Source of the DNA: Klebsormidium nitens
Taxonomy: Eukaryota > Plantae > Klebsormidiophyceae
Assembly: GCA_000708835.1 (NCBI GenBank)
Contig: DF237294.1
Location: forward strand, 1-64,000
Length of the DNA: 64,000 bases
Direction of reading: 5' to 3'
Made by a program: the position numbers and the translations under genes. The notes beneath the pieces were generated by a model. It was not told the DNA's origin, ran no database searches, and saw nothing but the letters and a program-made list of their open reading frames with translations. The first letter of the stretch is position 1. Every line of letters begins with the position of its first letter. This document shows positions 24,281-36,700 of this stretch, piece after piece.

Positions 24281-25126
24281 ATAGCCATCGAGCTCAACAG
24301 GAGAATCTAACTGCTATAGGCAGTCGTGGGTTGAGGCGGAATTACTTAAATCAAGAGCTCTCAGTGACTGCTGCAGCGATATGACTTGTTTAGGTATTGC
24401 CACGTCGGTATTGCAATATAGCCTGTGCTACATATACGTACCTAAGCTCGTTTGCATCCTATGCAATGCTTATTGATGGGATGGTCATATTGACCCTGAG
24501 CCATGCACTGAGCCATGGGGCATGCAACCTCCGAAGAGACTGCAGTGGGTACTACGTTGAGTTGGCAGCTTCAACTACGGCCGCCTAGAGTCCCAGAAAT
24601 CTCAGACCAGTGCTATGGCATGCAAAACGTACCCGGGATCTATGGGAACACTGTGATCGAGAATTAGAATTCTTTTTAGAGGCTCGCTACTAGTCTGATA
24701 TTCATCTGATACTAATACCGTAGATGGGAGCTACAAGACTGGCGGAAGGACCAGCGAAGACGAAGAGTCAGCGGCATGAAAAGAACATATATATTTCAGA
24801 TAGCCCGTGAAGCTTTGGTGATCTGATTTAAGTGTCTAGCAACACACAGCAAACACCTAACGAAGATCACTGTCAAGCACCATTAGTACTAGAGTTTAGT
24901 GAGTAGGTACCTACCGTAGCTCCAGCTAGATGAACGAGAAATTACGCCGTGGGCCGGGCACCATATGCTCCCTCTGCATTCGTTTCCTGACTCTGAGAAC
25001 GCATCCGGATTCCGTGGACGGTGGAGTCTGCACTGTGCAGTGGGGCGATCGGAGGCTCATGCAGGGACCAATTCCCGGAGTCGCGGCGCCTCGAGAGTCG
25101 ATGCGCAATCTTCAGCACGGCAGCAC

Positions 25127-25298
25127 NNNNNNNNNNNNNNNNNNNNNNNNNNNNNNNNNNNNNNNNNNNNNNNNNNNNNNNNNNNNNNNNNNNNNNNNNN
25201 NNNNNNNNNNNNNNNNNNNNNNNNNNNNNNNNNNNNNNNNNNNNNNNNNNNNNNNNNNNNNNNNNNNNNNNNNNNNNNNNNNNNNNNNNNNNNNNNNN
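25127..25298. other. Assembly gap (N run)
   Basis: Run of N; it probably hides the 5' end of the transposase gene. Confidence 1.
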
Positions 25299-28200
25299 TT
25301 GAACAAGGAGAGCTTGGCCCCAGCTTGGCTGGCTGTCTTGACAGGTACCAACCGCAAGCTATGGCGTCTGGCCCGGGTCACTGCAATGCCACAGGCTCTA
25401 GGGGAGTCCACTGCTGCCCCGAGCATGCCCACAAACGAGGCTGGAGCTGGACCAGCTGTTGCAAATGCATCTGGTCAATATAATCCAAGAACTGAGGATG
25501 AGGTTTCCGCAAGGAATGTGGTAGAGTGGGCCCATGATCAGGTTGCAACACCGGCTGACTGGAAGGACAAGAAAAACAAACCCCCCTGGATAATCCCTGA
25601 CATAGATCCAAGAGTGGGCCCATCAAAGGATCAAACCCCTGATCCTCGGTATTGGCCAAGCATGAAGAAAGAGTATCCAAACCCAGTACAAGCAAGCAGG
25701 GGGCAAAATGCATTGCAGCCAAACCACTTCCACCTGGCCGGCAAGGTGGTGTACTTTGTCTTCTGGCAGTTCTTCTTTGGAGAGCTAGTGCCTACCATCA
25801 ACTGCCCCAAATGCGGAAAGGTGGACCGGGTGAATCATGACGGCTGGGTTGGAGTGACGGACAAGATTCGGCGCGTTTGCAGCTTGGACGCGCCTGCATT
25901 CCTATACAGCAAGGTCTTCCGCTGCGGGAAGGGCAAGAAGAAGGGGGAGGGTTGTTCAGGTATGTTGCTTGCTTGTGTATCTTGATTTAGCCAGGTTACA
26001 TCCAGTATCCATGCAGAATGCAGAGCTTGCTGTTATTGCCCTCTTTCATAATGCACACACTGGCCTGGCATGCAGATCATTCCCAGTTCAGTGGTCACCA
26101 TCAGTGGTCACCTTCAGGGAGTCTCTGAAGATTTGATGGCAAGAAGTTCAGTGGTTCTCTGAAGATTTGATGGCAAGAAGTGATCTGCATTCACTTATCA
26201 GCTGCTGGATCTCTATGAAAAGCATATTGATGGGTTTGTGTTGAGCAATGAGCCAATACAATCTGAAGCACGTCCAGACGTTGTTGACGTTGTGTTACAC
26301 ATAGGCACTTCAAGATAACCAGCATTTCTGTTGGTGCAGGCAATGATGGGAAGCCGTACCAGTTTCGCTCTCACGATGAGGGGGTGCTGGAGCAGGTGCG
26401 ACGTCAAGCCCCTGCAGTCCTCGAGCAGCTTGGGATTGTGTTCACTCGTGGGGGGGCTATCGAGCGCTGTCTGCTGGACACCATGGTGCGGAATGTGGCA
26501 AGCGGGGCGTCCATTGCTGACCAGCAAAGGATGGTCCGCGAAGCGCACATGCGCACTTTTACGCAGCACAAGAATACATACATCCAGTATGCTGCAGCGC
26601 GCGCTAGGCGGCGTCAAGCGCAGGGTGGTTCGCTCCTGTTTCCAGGAGTTGTTCAGCAGGCTCCTCCTACCCCTGCTGATTTCGGAGAGTACGGCGACAA
26701 GGAAGGGTACAGGGGTTGGATACCTTCCACGTCGTGGATAGCAGGTATGTGCAGGACTTCTTATCTTGCCTCGCTAGCCTGCAAGATGCTACATACTTCG
26801 TTGCTTAGCATGATTCTTGATTAGAATATGCTACTTCATGTTTGGTGGCATGCTAAAGCAAGGCTTGCTGCTGGTTTCACTCTATGTGCACTTCTCAATC
26901 AGCTTCTGCAAGTAGACCTGCAAATCTGAGGGTGTTCTGCAATGCAAAACTGGTCTGAATTTGTAAGCCCAACCTCATACAAGCCTTTCTCTGATGCAGG
27001 TGTCATTCTTGCGGACCTGACTTCGCGGCTTGCGTTTCTTGAACGCCACCTGGCTGCAGTGGATGGGGTTTTCTGGCGGGGGGATCATACCTTCCAAGCG
27101 GCCTCTCGAATCCGCTCAGCAGATGGGCGCAAAGACTATGCGGCCATCTACTCGGTCATGAACGAGTGGTCGCAGATCGTGGGGCAGTGGGCTGTGGGAG
27201 ACACCTCATTCGACGACTATGCTACCGGCCTGCGGGATGTTCTCAAGCGCTACGATGATCGTGGCTTCCAGGTTCGTTCAATAAAAGAGGTTGTGAACAA
27301 TGGCTTGGGTTCTCAAAGATTGCAACAAGTTAAGACTGATACATCTGTGGGCTTCTTTCTGATTACATCCATGAGTAGAAGTGCTTGAAGGTTTTGTCGC
27401 TGTGCAGGTATTAGTGGTCTCTCCAGATGTTGCCAACTTTGTTGCGATTGCCCAGGTGGTCTTACCGGTCTTTCTTAGACACTTCTTTAGATGTTCTTAA
27501 CTCTGATCAAGCGGTGGTTGATCTGTTTGCAGTTGCCCAAGTTCATGTGGGTTGACAACTCTCGGACGGTTGCTGCCCAGTTGTACAACGCCATCCCCAG
27601 TCTCAGCCGGGTTTTGGAAGACGCCACACACGTCATGCGCCGCGTTTTTGAGGCCATTCCGGATGCCCACTCCCTCAAACGTGAGAAGATCTGTGTTGTT
27701 TTTCCAAGGCTTTACTAGCTTCAAGTACTTGGGAGGCTTGGATCTCGACTGTAATTCTGATGTGGCTTCTACTGTAGTCTGGATCCAACGGCTATATTTG
27801 ATGAAGTTGGATGTAGAAGATTGTCTGAAGTATCAATCAACAAATCTAGAGCAGCAGTCAGACCTGTTGTGGCTATTCCTTTACTGGTTTCAAGGCAGAT
27901 AGCAACGCTGTGTGCGCTATTGGATCTGAACTTCGTGTTAGCTTGCACAAAGCTTGTTGAAATCAGCAGGCAATGACGGGCCAAAGACGAGCCAAAGACT
28001 GATCTTGTTTCTTGTTTCATTTGTGCAGCCGACTTTTGCCGGGACTACTCGAGCGCGATGTTCAAGATCCACCAGCCAGATAAGTGGGCTCTGCGCAAGT
28101 TTCTCTTGGATGGAGGTCCGGGAAGGCGAAAGTGGACACAAGCCGAAGTGGCAGCAAAGTCTGGCAGCTACTGGCGGGCGCGCTGCCGGCACACCATCCC

Positions 28201-31200
28201 TCCCCCGCAGGAGCTTGTTGCCGAGGTGGAGGCGGTCATCAAGAAATACGAGGGAGCGATATGCGCCATCAACGGTGACCCTCTCATCACCGACGAAGTC
28301 CAGCGTGTGCATAACCTGCAGCTCCAGCTCATGCGAGAGGGTGCACTGAGTGGTAAGTCTTTAAGTGCTCTGGACACTCTGCCTGACGAAAAGATGCTCT
28401 TGTCCAGACTGTTGTCTTTGGCTCAAAGCTTATAGTCTGTCACGCTATTTGCTTCTTTGACTGATCTGCATTGATACTTGGTAGAATGAACGCAGCTCTA
28501 GGTGTTTGTATATTGAATAGAGTCTCAAGCCAGATGTAGCTTGTCTTGCTTGTGTGCAGCTGCACTTGAATATATGAAGAAGCCTGGATAAGTAATACTT
28601 CTCTTGTCACGTGCAGATCCACTCAATGTGGACGAGATGTACATCCTGGTGAGCGCCCCCGGTTGTATGCCCCGCTACGTCGGTGTGCGAGGCTGCTCCT
28701 CCTTAGAGGGCTACCATCGCCACCTGAACGCGTTGCTTGGGGGGGGCAACTATTCTCCCGAGCTGGCGGGGGCTCTCATCGCCCTCTTCAACTATCGCTG
28801 GAACTACGAGTGCGCCGTCCGCAGCAAGGGGGCAAAAGACTGGGGAATGTACGACCATTGGCTGCTGGAGGCGATGCAGGATACCTGCGCGGCGATGGGG
28901 TGGCCAAACCCTTGCCCCGAGTGGCAGCGCGCTCCATCTACTCAGGAGCGCTTTGGCGTCCATGCAGCTCCACCGCTGGTGGGGACAGTGTTGGGGACAG
29001 GGGCATCTCTGGGGGATGAGCCTGAGGATGAAGCAGGCTCCTTGGATGAGGAGGCCGCTTTTGTTGAAAGTCTCTTGAGCGAGCAAGAACTCAAGAGCAA
29101 GCTGGCTGCAGGTGAGGCACCATTCACTGTCCAGCCGTGCAAGAGTGAAAAGAGCACGCTCAAGTTTCTTCTTTATCGTTTTTGTCATGCTTTACCTCGG
29201 ACTGAAGTTGTTGCTAGTTCAAGGGCTGGTATGGTACCTGGTGAAACATCGAGTATGTTTGAAGCGAAGTGACAATTTAGAAGGGAGGCAGTGGGCTTTG
29301 AACAAGGCGCTCTACTCGTTCTTTGTCCAAAGTGTTTGTGGCAGCAGGCTGCTCTACCAGAAATTGATATCACGTTTCAGAAAGTTCATTAGGAATCTAG
29401 CGACTTGTGTCATCATTCACAGAGCCAAAAGAGTTTGGTGAACTTGCTTCATCATGTATTCTGTTGTACGATCAGCTGCATTTTCTCTTACGACTGAGTT
29501 TTTAATAAGCAACAAACTAGGTTTCAATACTGGACATCATTTGCCTGCAGGCTCGGTTCTCTCTTCGCCCCCTCCCCCCCAGGACGGACAACCTGCGCTC
29601 GTGCGCGATGCGCAGCAGGGGGACCAGTCCGTGCCTCTCCCTCTCCCCCGCCAGGACGGACAGCCTGCGCTCATGCGCGCCGCACAGCCGGGCGGGCTGC
29701 CTGCAGTCGAACGCGCCGCCCCGAATGAAGGGGAGCTGCCTGAAGAATCGCCTCCAGTTGCTGCCGCTGCGACTCAACCGGGGGGCCTGCCCTCTTCCTC
29801 CCCCCCGGGCCAGAGTGGACAAGCAGCAGCCGCGCGTCCCTCGCCGCCGGGGCCTTCCCTCATTCCCCCGGGCCAGAACGGACAGCCCACAGCTGCACGC
29901 CCCTCGCCGCCCGAGCCCTTCTTCGTTCCCCCGGACCAGAACGGACAGCCTCTTGACGGCCGTGGCGCGCTGCAGCAGGGGGGCCAGCCCGCCCCTCCTT
30001 CACCCCCCCCAATAAACGGGCAGCCTCCCAACGTCAGCGCGACGTCGCAGCGGGGGGACCAGTCTGCCCCTCCCTTTGTCCCCCCCCTGAACGGGCGGCC
30101 TCCCGACGTCAGCGCCGCGCCGCAGCCGGGGGTTCAGCCCGCCCCTCCCTTCGCCTCCCCCCAAACGGGCAGCCTCCCAACCACTACGCAGCGCCGCAGC
30201 CGGGGGCACCGCCCGCCCATTCGTTTGCCCCCCCCTCAAACGAGCAGCCTCGGCACGGCGTACGTACCGCGCCACAGGGGGGGGGCCAGCCCGCCCCTTC
30301 TTTTGCCCCCCACCGAAATGAGCAGCCTCTCGGCGAACATGCCGCGTCGCAGCAGGAGGGCCAGCCTTCCGTGCATACTTTCCGCCCAGCTGGCCCACTC
30401 TTTGGAGTTCACCCCGCCTTATTGCAACCGGGAGAAGAGCGGGTTGCAGCTCGAGTGTTCCGCCGAGAGAAGCTTGGTAAGAACTTGTTGCTAAGTGGCT
30501 GCACATAGAAGTTCGGGCTTGGTCATAGTTGAAAGTTCTGTTGCACATGCGATATCTGATGCTTCCAATTTGTAGGCGGCTAAAACACTGGGTTCCCAGC
30601 ACTGGTTCCTGTGGGCGAGCCGAGTCTCGTACCAAAGTTTTCATCTAAATTGTGATCGTGCAAATTGCAGCATCGAAAAGGAAGCGGGTCGATCAAGGAG
30701 AACATCACCTGTCTGCCTCCGCATCAGGTGATAACTCTATGCGATCTGGAATCTTTCAAACCAGGGCGCGAGCTCCCCCTAAGATGTTCGCTCCCTTTTC
30801 GTTTTGTTCTGGTTGCTAACTTCCACTCTGTCATGTGCTCGTTCTATTGTCAATTGCTCAGTTTATTGCAAAGTTGAAGTTGGAATCAGCTTTGACACTC
30901 CTTGCCTGAGTAGACCTTGCTTGTCTTCTGTGTGAACTTCAAAATGACATGCAGCGTTTCAAGTCTCAACTTCCTGGTTGCGTAGTTGCTAAGGTTCATC
31001 TTAGGCTGACATCTAAACCATTCTTTCCAGTCCCGGTGGATCAACGTGCACCTTTTGAGCCCTTTGGTCAAGAGCCGCACCAGGGCTCCTTACAAGGTAA
31101 GTGAGAAGCTCAAGTCCTGTACGAATTCAATTTTTACAAGTTGCTCCATCTGACGTTTTTCAGATTCTTCTTCTGGACTTCGAACACCTTTGTTGGTCAT

Positions 31201-32111
31201 CCTTGGCATCTATAAATCTCAAGTGCGTTGTGAACAGCTTGCAAACGCAGAGGGTTATCCAATTTCTTTGCGCATCCAGCGAATCAAAACCTGTCGAACA
31301 GGGACAGTCGAGATTTTGCGTCGAAAACTGGTTGCTGTAAGAAGCGCTCGCGCGAAGTTATCTAATGTGTTTCCTTTGTCGTGCAGACACGTCAGGAGTC
31401 AGCGGGGGTTCCGGGTGGAATGCGCAACAACGGGCAGAGTCAGTTCAAGAGGTGAAAAGACATGGGCGGCTTCCATTTATCAAAAAGCGTGGCGTGAGAC
31501 GGCCAGCGCTTCGCGAGTTGATCCGCCCGGTCTCAACCCCTGCTGAGATCCGGCTTTTCTCAGAGCTCTATTCTAGGCACTCTACCAAGTCTTCTACAAA
31601 CTGGGTCAACATGTGCCATGAGTGGAATCAAAGGGCAGCTCTGACGGTATCCCAAATCTCCGGGGCGGATAGCGCGATCCATCAAAAGAGCATTCCCCTT
31701 CTGAAGTCGTACGAGAAGGGCTTGGTCAAGGAGTTCATCCGGAAAGACTCACTGAACGCTCTTCTCGCTCACAACTCTGTCTCTTTGCAGCATCCAAACG
31801 CTGCACCGTCGACCACCATGTACCCTTTTCCTACTGGTGGCATCCATTCCTACCCGCTCGCCTTTGCTCACAGAACTTCGTTCGCACCCACCGCGTACTC
31901 ACCGTTTGCAGCGCCGCCCATTGGCGCCAGCTTTGCACACCCTCTCTTCCACCCACCGCTCATCAACACAGCGCCGCAGTTTCACAGTGGCCAGTCACTT
32001 CCTTCTCGACCTGCTAAGAACAATAGAGGCGGCAAGGGTGTCAAGAAGCACTGTAGAAAACAGCCTGGTTGCGGCAAACTTATAGGCGAGTGTAGGTGCC
32101 CAAAAGTATGA
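25299..32111 (+). CDS. DDE transposase (Dada-like, N-terminal DUF6729-like Cys domain), >=8 exons, ~1300+ aa, one apparent 1-nt frameshift
   Basis: Exons (gap)-25959, 26340-26744, 27000-27271, 27533-27680, 28029-28352, 28617-29111, 29551-30476, 31387-32111. Motifs: CPKC..GW..RRV..Y..FRC..C; GDHTF (D 27083); VMNEWSQI; WVDN (D 27554); EDATH (DxxH 27620); LSDPL; RGCSSLEGYHRHL (E 28706); FNYRWN; C-terminal PVSTPAEIRLF..NWVNMCHEWN. Exon 7 is 926 nt, one base short of phase. Confidence 0.85.
29572..30360 (+). repeat. Coding tandem repeats (~21-26 aa Pro/Gln/Gly units) in transposase exon 7
   Basis: About 10 units built on (N/D)GQP, e.g. INGQPPNVSATSQRGDQSAPPFVPP, LNGRPPDVSAAPQPGVQPAPPFASP and PNGQPPNHYAAPQPGAPPAHSFAPP. 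Confidence 0.85.
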
Positions 32112-33154
32112 TTCGTATTATGTACATACAATAAACAATTGTGTTAGCGAGGCCAGGCGTTTATTATTTGTTGCAGGCTATTTGCCGCTACTGTTACTTC
32201 CAATAACAGTAAGTGGTTAAATCGTGCATTAGGTAGAGATTTGTCAGTTCTCATCAAAGAAATGATTAGAAATAAGGATGAGTCGGGGTGTTTATCAGGT
32301 TGGCATTCATGCACTCAGTCACATGAATTTGTACTTATATTGGCATCATGATTTACGTTGATTGTCCACGTTTTGCACATGCGTGCAGCCAGTGGCAGGT
32401 ACGATGAGCAACTGCACGATAGTGCCGTCAGTCTAGAATGTGATTCGCACGTACTGCATAAGAAGTTGGCTCAAATCATGCAAGATTGACCGCGCACGGC
32501 CAATATTAGCGCGCGTGTACGCGCGCTGAACCCTAACAAGCCGCTTCCGGGGGTCCTTCAGGCCCCCCAGGCCCCGGGGCTTCGCCCAGCAGGACCCCGT
32601 GGGGCCGCCTCCGGCGACCCCGACCCCCCATTTTCGCTCAAAAAAACGCCCCGACCTGTACAATATTTTTTCAGCACAGGTATGACCGCATGGGCCGGCC
32701 CCAAGGCTGGATCAGTAGTGAGCACGAGGCCAAATCGACCTGCTGTATGGCCCGGGAAATGCTACCGACCCGAGAGTCCGGACGAACTGTAGTTCTGATT
32801 GAGATCATTGAAACAGCTTCACCGGGGCGCATCGTCAAACCGGGTGCTGCACAGTGCACAGGGTGCAGTGCACTTAGTGCGCACTGCAGTCGCGGGGTCC
32901 ATCCGGTGCCATGTGGCACCACCTGCACCACGTGCACAACCATTAGTCTCGATTCGCCGCAAAATGACAGCTATAATTATGACAGCCAATCATCTCAATT
33001 CAATACTTGCAGCCGGGATGCAGCAAACAGTTTCTTTCCCTTTTGTGAAGAATCTTGTCGACTCTCGTGCCATGATAGGCAGGGTTGAATCCTTGTTGGT
33101 GTAATAATGCGATGTCGTCGATTGCCGTAATGGGGCCGTACCAGACTTCAAGTG

Positions 33155-33173
33155 GAGAGAGAGAGAGAGAGAG
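33155..33173 (+). repeat. (GA)n microsatellite
   Basis: Run of about 9.5 GA units. Confidence 0.9.
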
Positions 33174-33777
33174 CTGATCTCGTGGGTGGCTACCAGGACG
33201 TAGGACTTCGTGTAGGTCTGTATCCTCGGCCGACAGCTGTGGCCCGGGCGTCCCATGAAGGTCCCATGGGACGTGGAGGAGTCTGGACACCGCGTCCAGC
33301 CTCCGAGACTGTTTCTTACTCGGTGTCGAAGGATGACCTCTGCATGAGGTCAGCATTTTGGCGCCTGGCTCAGGCCTTTTGCAACGGTACCGGGTGACGG
33401 CGTCCCCAGCCCGTGCCCAGGCTGTCCTGCGAGTCATCCAGTGTCGTGCTGCCACTGCGAGGATGTCTGTCTGCCGCCACCTAGGTAGCCTCGCGGATCC
33501 GCGAGGACTCACGGTGATATAGGCACATATCATATGTGCGGTAGCTACGAACCTCCCACCTACTAATACTTACGACCAAACGAAATGCTGTGGCTAGGTA
33601 TGCACTCCCTAGATACTTGGCCATGTGCTTCCTTGGCGCCCAGCTTTCAATATAAATTGGCCTCCGGTTCAAAGTATTTAGCTATACTTCCTGCGCTGCA
33701 CTGCGGTGGGCAGTTTGTTCAGTACTGAGACAGCATTCGCCCGGCCTTCTCCGCCTCCACTGTTTGCCGCTGTCGCC

Positions 33778-36700
33778 ATGGCCCCCCGCTGCTCCCGCGC
33801 TGCGCTGCTGGTGCTGCTGGTGGCGGCCGTGCTGGCCCCCGCGGCCGCGGTGCTGGACACGCTGGTGTACCCGAGCGGCTCCTGCTCCGACCCCTCCACC
33901 ACCTACCTGCAGGCCAACAGGTGACTCCGCACCGCCTCGACGGCCCATGTGGTTGGCGTGATGGGCATTGGTCTGCTTGTATTGGAGGGGGCAGCTTGCA
34001 CCTGTCTCCACCTCGAAAGTTGGTTGGCACCATATCCCTTCAGAAAGCTTTAAAGGTCGAATCGCCTCCCCTCAGATATTCTTTGGATGCAATAATAAGG
34101 GCTAGTTTACATTGAAGAGGACACCATCCTGCAAACTGCCCTGATCACACTCGAGCTCAGTGCGTGCCGCACAGCCCTGCATTCCTGTGCCGAAATCCTC
34201 AGCTCTCCCCAGCTCGCAGCTTGCCCTGCTGGCCTCTCTGTTGTTTTCCCTTGACCCTCTGATGCTTCCCGGTGACATGACCAGTTGTGGTGTCTCCCCT
34301 GTGCAGCAAGACTGTGCGCCGCGGTATCCTCAACCCCACCTTCCCCGCAGGTGAGCGCCCCACACACGCCCCTGCCTGCACTTGTCTCTGACAGTGTGCG
34401 GTGGCACTCTGCTTGGTCCTGCCCACTGTTCTAGTGCAGTGAAGCTCCACCGGGCTTGCCCGCACCCCAGATCTGGCAATGCTGCCTGCTCACTCACGCG
34501 TATTGCTGGCGCTGCAGTGGCGCACGTCCAGAGCGGCGACACCATCACAGCGTGAGCCATACCAGCTGAGCCGCTCCGCGGGTTTGCCCGCGGCCATCTG
34601 TACTGCCGCCCCCTGCAACCACTGGTGGCTCTCCTGTACAACAAGCCGGAAAGTGTTGCTAAAGGGGGCCTCAGATTTCTCAACTTCTGGAGATGCTATA
34701 CTAGCCCAGCTGCGATGAAGGGTTTCTTCTGGGTTGCCTTTTCTCTCTAGCTCACGCGTGACGTGTTTGTCTCCACAGGGAGTGCGTGGGTGTGTCAGTG
34801 ACCAGGTCAGTCTCTCTACTGGGTCCGAATGATCAGTACTGGTTCTCGTCCACAGAAGGCTGGGAAAGATCTCAATTTATCACACTATCCTGTCACGATG
34901 CGGTCATTGATCTGAAACATCAACGTACGCTGTTGCTGGACATTCTGGTGTCCCCCTGCCAAAGGACTCTCATTGAGCTTCAGTGTTAGAAGGCAAGCTC
35001 CTTGTGACGTCTCTTGCTGATATCTGGGTCCTCAAATCAATCAAGGTCACAGAATTTGGACTACAAGAGCAAACGTGGAGCCATGAATAGAGACTGGTCC
35101 TTTCCGAGGTTGAGAGGAGACTAAATGCGCAAAATTGATGCCCCATTGTGTGTAGCCTCTTGAGAAGGCCAAGAGGAAAAGGGGGAGGGGGAAGGGGGGC
35201 TGAGGGGGGAAGGGGAAAAATGGGGAAGCGGGACGATGGGAAGGGGAAGGAATGAGACAAACCTCCTTGAGGTGTCTATTTGACTTGGATACTGACCCTT
35301 GTTTCCTGCCTTGGAATATAGTGACTATGCCAAGATGATCAAGGGGGACGTGGCGCTTGAGGTGAGCCCTACCTTCCTCTCCACTGGATCGTTAGCCAAG
35401 TAGGCTCGCTTGACATGCATATGTGAAAGAGTATCTGCCTGTGACGACCGTCGGCATCAATACCTTGGCCACGTGTGCTGGGTGCTTTTGGCCTGTTTAT
35501 CAAATTGTGTCCACAGCTATAGATTTCTTTGTAGAGTTGCACACGCTTGCACTGTGCCATGACGTTGCTGACCTCTCTCCCTGTTACTTGCAGGACATCT
35601 ACTACTGGCCATCTAGTAAGCAACAACTTCTACCCACCGAAATCCAGAGCTGTCCCGTGCACGCGTCCGGCACGGACCACTCTGAGGGGCGCGCACTTTG
35701 CTACTGATGTGCTTGCTCTCGACCAGCATGACGCCCGCACTCCCTGCCGCCTCGGCTTACCCCTCCTTACGGCTCCCTGCAGACGCGACGGCCCTGACCA
35801 AGAACGTGCCCAACTACCCCGGCAACGGCGGCCACATCATCACGGGGTCAGTCCCGCAGGCTCTCAGCCCCCATCTTTGCAGTGCAGCGCCATAAGCCTT
35901 GTCGATGCTTTCTCTCTTCGGCCCGCTCTTACTCTCTGAACGTGCGGTTGTGGCCCTCGGAGACTATGGGTATCCATGTTCCCATGTATAGCATTCGTTG
36001 CCGCCCGGCCGACTCACCCCCCCCGCTTCTTTGACTGTGCAGGCCCACTGCCGTGTGCGGCGCACAGCCCGGGGATGTCCTCAAGGTAAGCATTGGAGAG
36101 CCGTGGGCAACCAACAAGGACGTGTCCGCCAAGCACGTCGCACAGGCGCAGCTGGCCAACCAGTCACAGATGAAAGTTCTCCAATGCCATCTTTCGACCT
36201 GCATCCTGCCACCACTCACATCCAAGTTTGGCGCCAGGGTTTGTCTGACAGACCGCTCCTGCCGTCGCTGCAGATCGAGATCCTAAGCCTGTCCCCCCGC
36301 AAGAACCCGCTCACCGGCAAGGCCTACGGCGTCAACGGCCAGAACGGACCGTGAGTCTCCCCCCTGCGTCCACTCTTCTGCGCAGTGCACTAGTCCGTTG
36401 TGTACGGCCGTCGTCACCTCGTGAGCGCGTCACCAGCGGCCCTGTTGTCCCCCAGTCGTGAACGCGGAAGCGCCTCTGCCTGCTGTCCTCGTTGCCCTGC
36501 CCGTCGTTCTGACGCGGGTGTCACGCGGCGCGCTGCGTGCGTGCAGGTACATCCCGCTCAACACCAAGAACGCGGACGGCACCAACGCCACCACCGCGGG
36601 CAGCTCCATCGTCTACGAGGTCGACTACGACGAGTACGGCGGCTGGTGAGCAAAGCACCGCTGCGCCGCTGCCACACTCGCGCTTGGCCACGTACGGATC

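Larger units (their letters stand above)
25119..32669 (+). mobile_element. DNA transposon, Dada-like (MuDR/hAT/P/Kolobok-related DDE class); boundaries tentative
   Basis: Contains a spliced DDE transposase gene with AT-richer introns than neighbouring host genes. A GC hairpin cluster lies near the right end (32548-32630). TTCAGCAC occurs at both 25111-25118 and 32670-32677 as a candidate target-site duplication. No terminal inverted repeats seen. Confidence 0.65.

Noticed and set aside
24926-25985. Long ORFs in the supplied track running through N runs (also 43536-44423)
   Set aside because: Artefacts of translating across assembly gaps.
26088-26182. Duplicated TCAGTGGTCACC and CTCTGAAGATTTGATGGCAAGAAGT units as a possible CRISPR-like array
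   Set aside because: Only two copies each, inside a transposase intron of a eukaryotic genome, with no spacers or cas genes. These are simple local duplications.
32678-32692. Minus strand reads ATGCGGTCATACC, like the 5' end of 5S rRNA, right at the candidate transposon junction
   Set aside because: Only 13 nt match. Neither the left flank nor the element continues with 5S sequence, so a 5S target cannot be supported.
25029-32859. 12-bp inverted match (TGCACTGTGCAG at 25029 / CTGCACAGTGCA near 32848) as possible TIRs
   Set aside because: Short, low-complexity TGCA-rich sequence that does not extend on either side.
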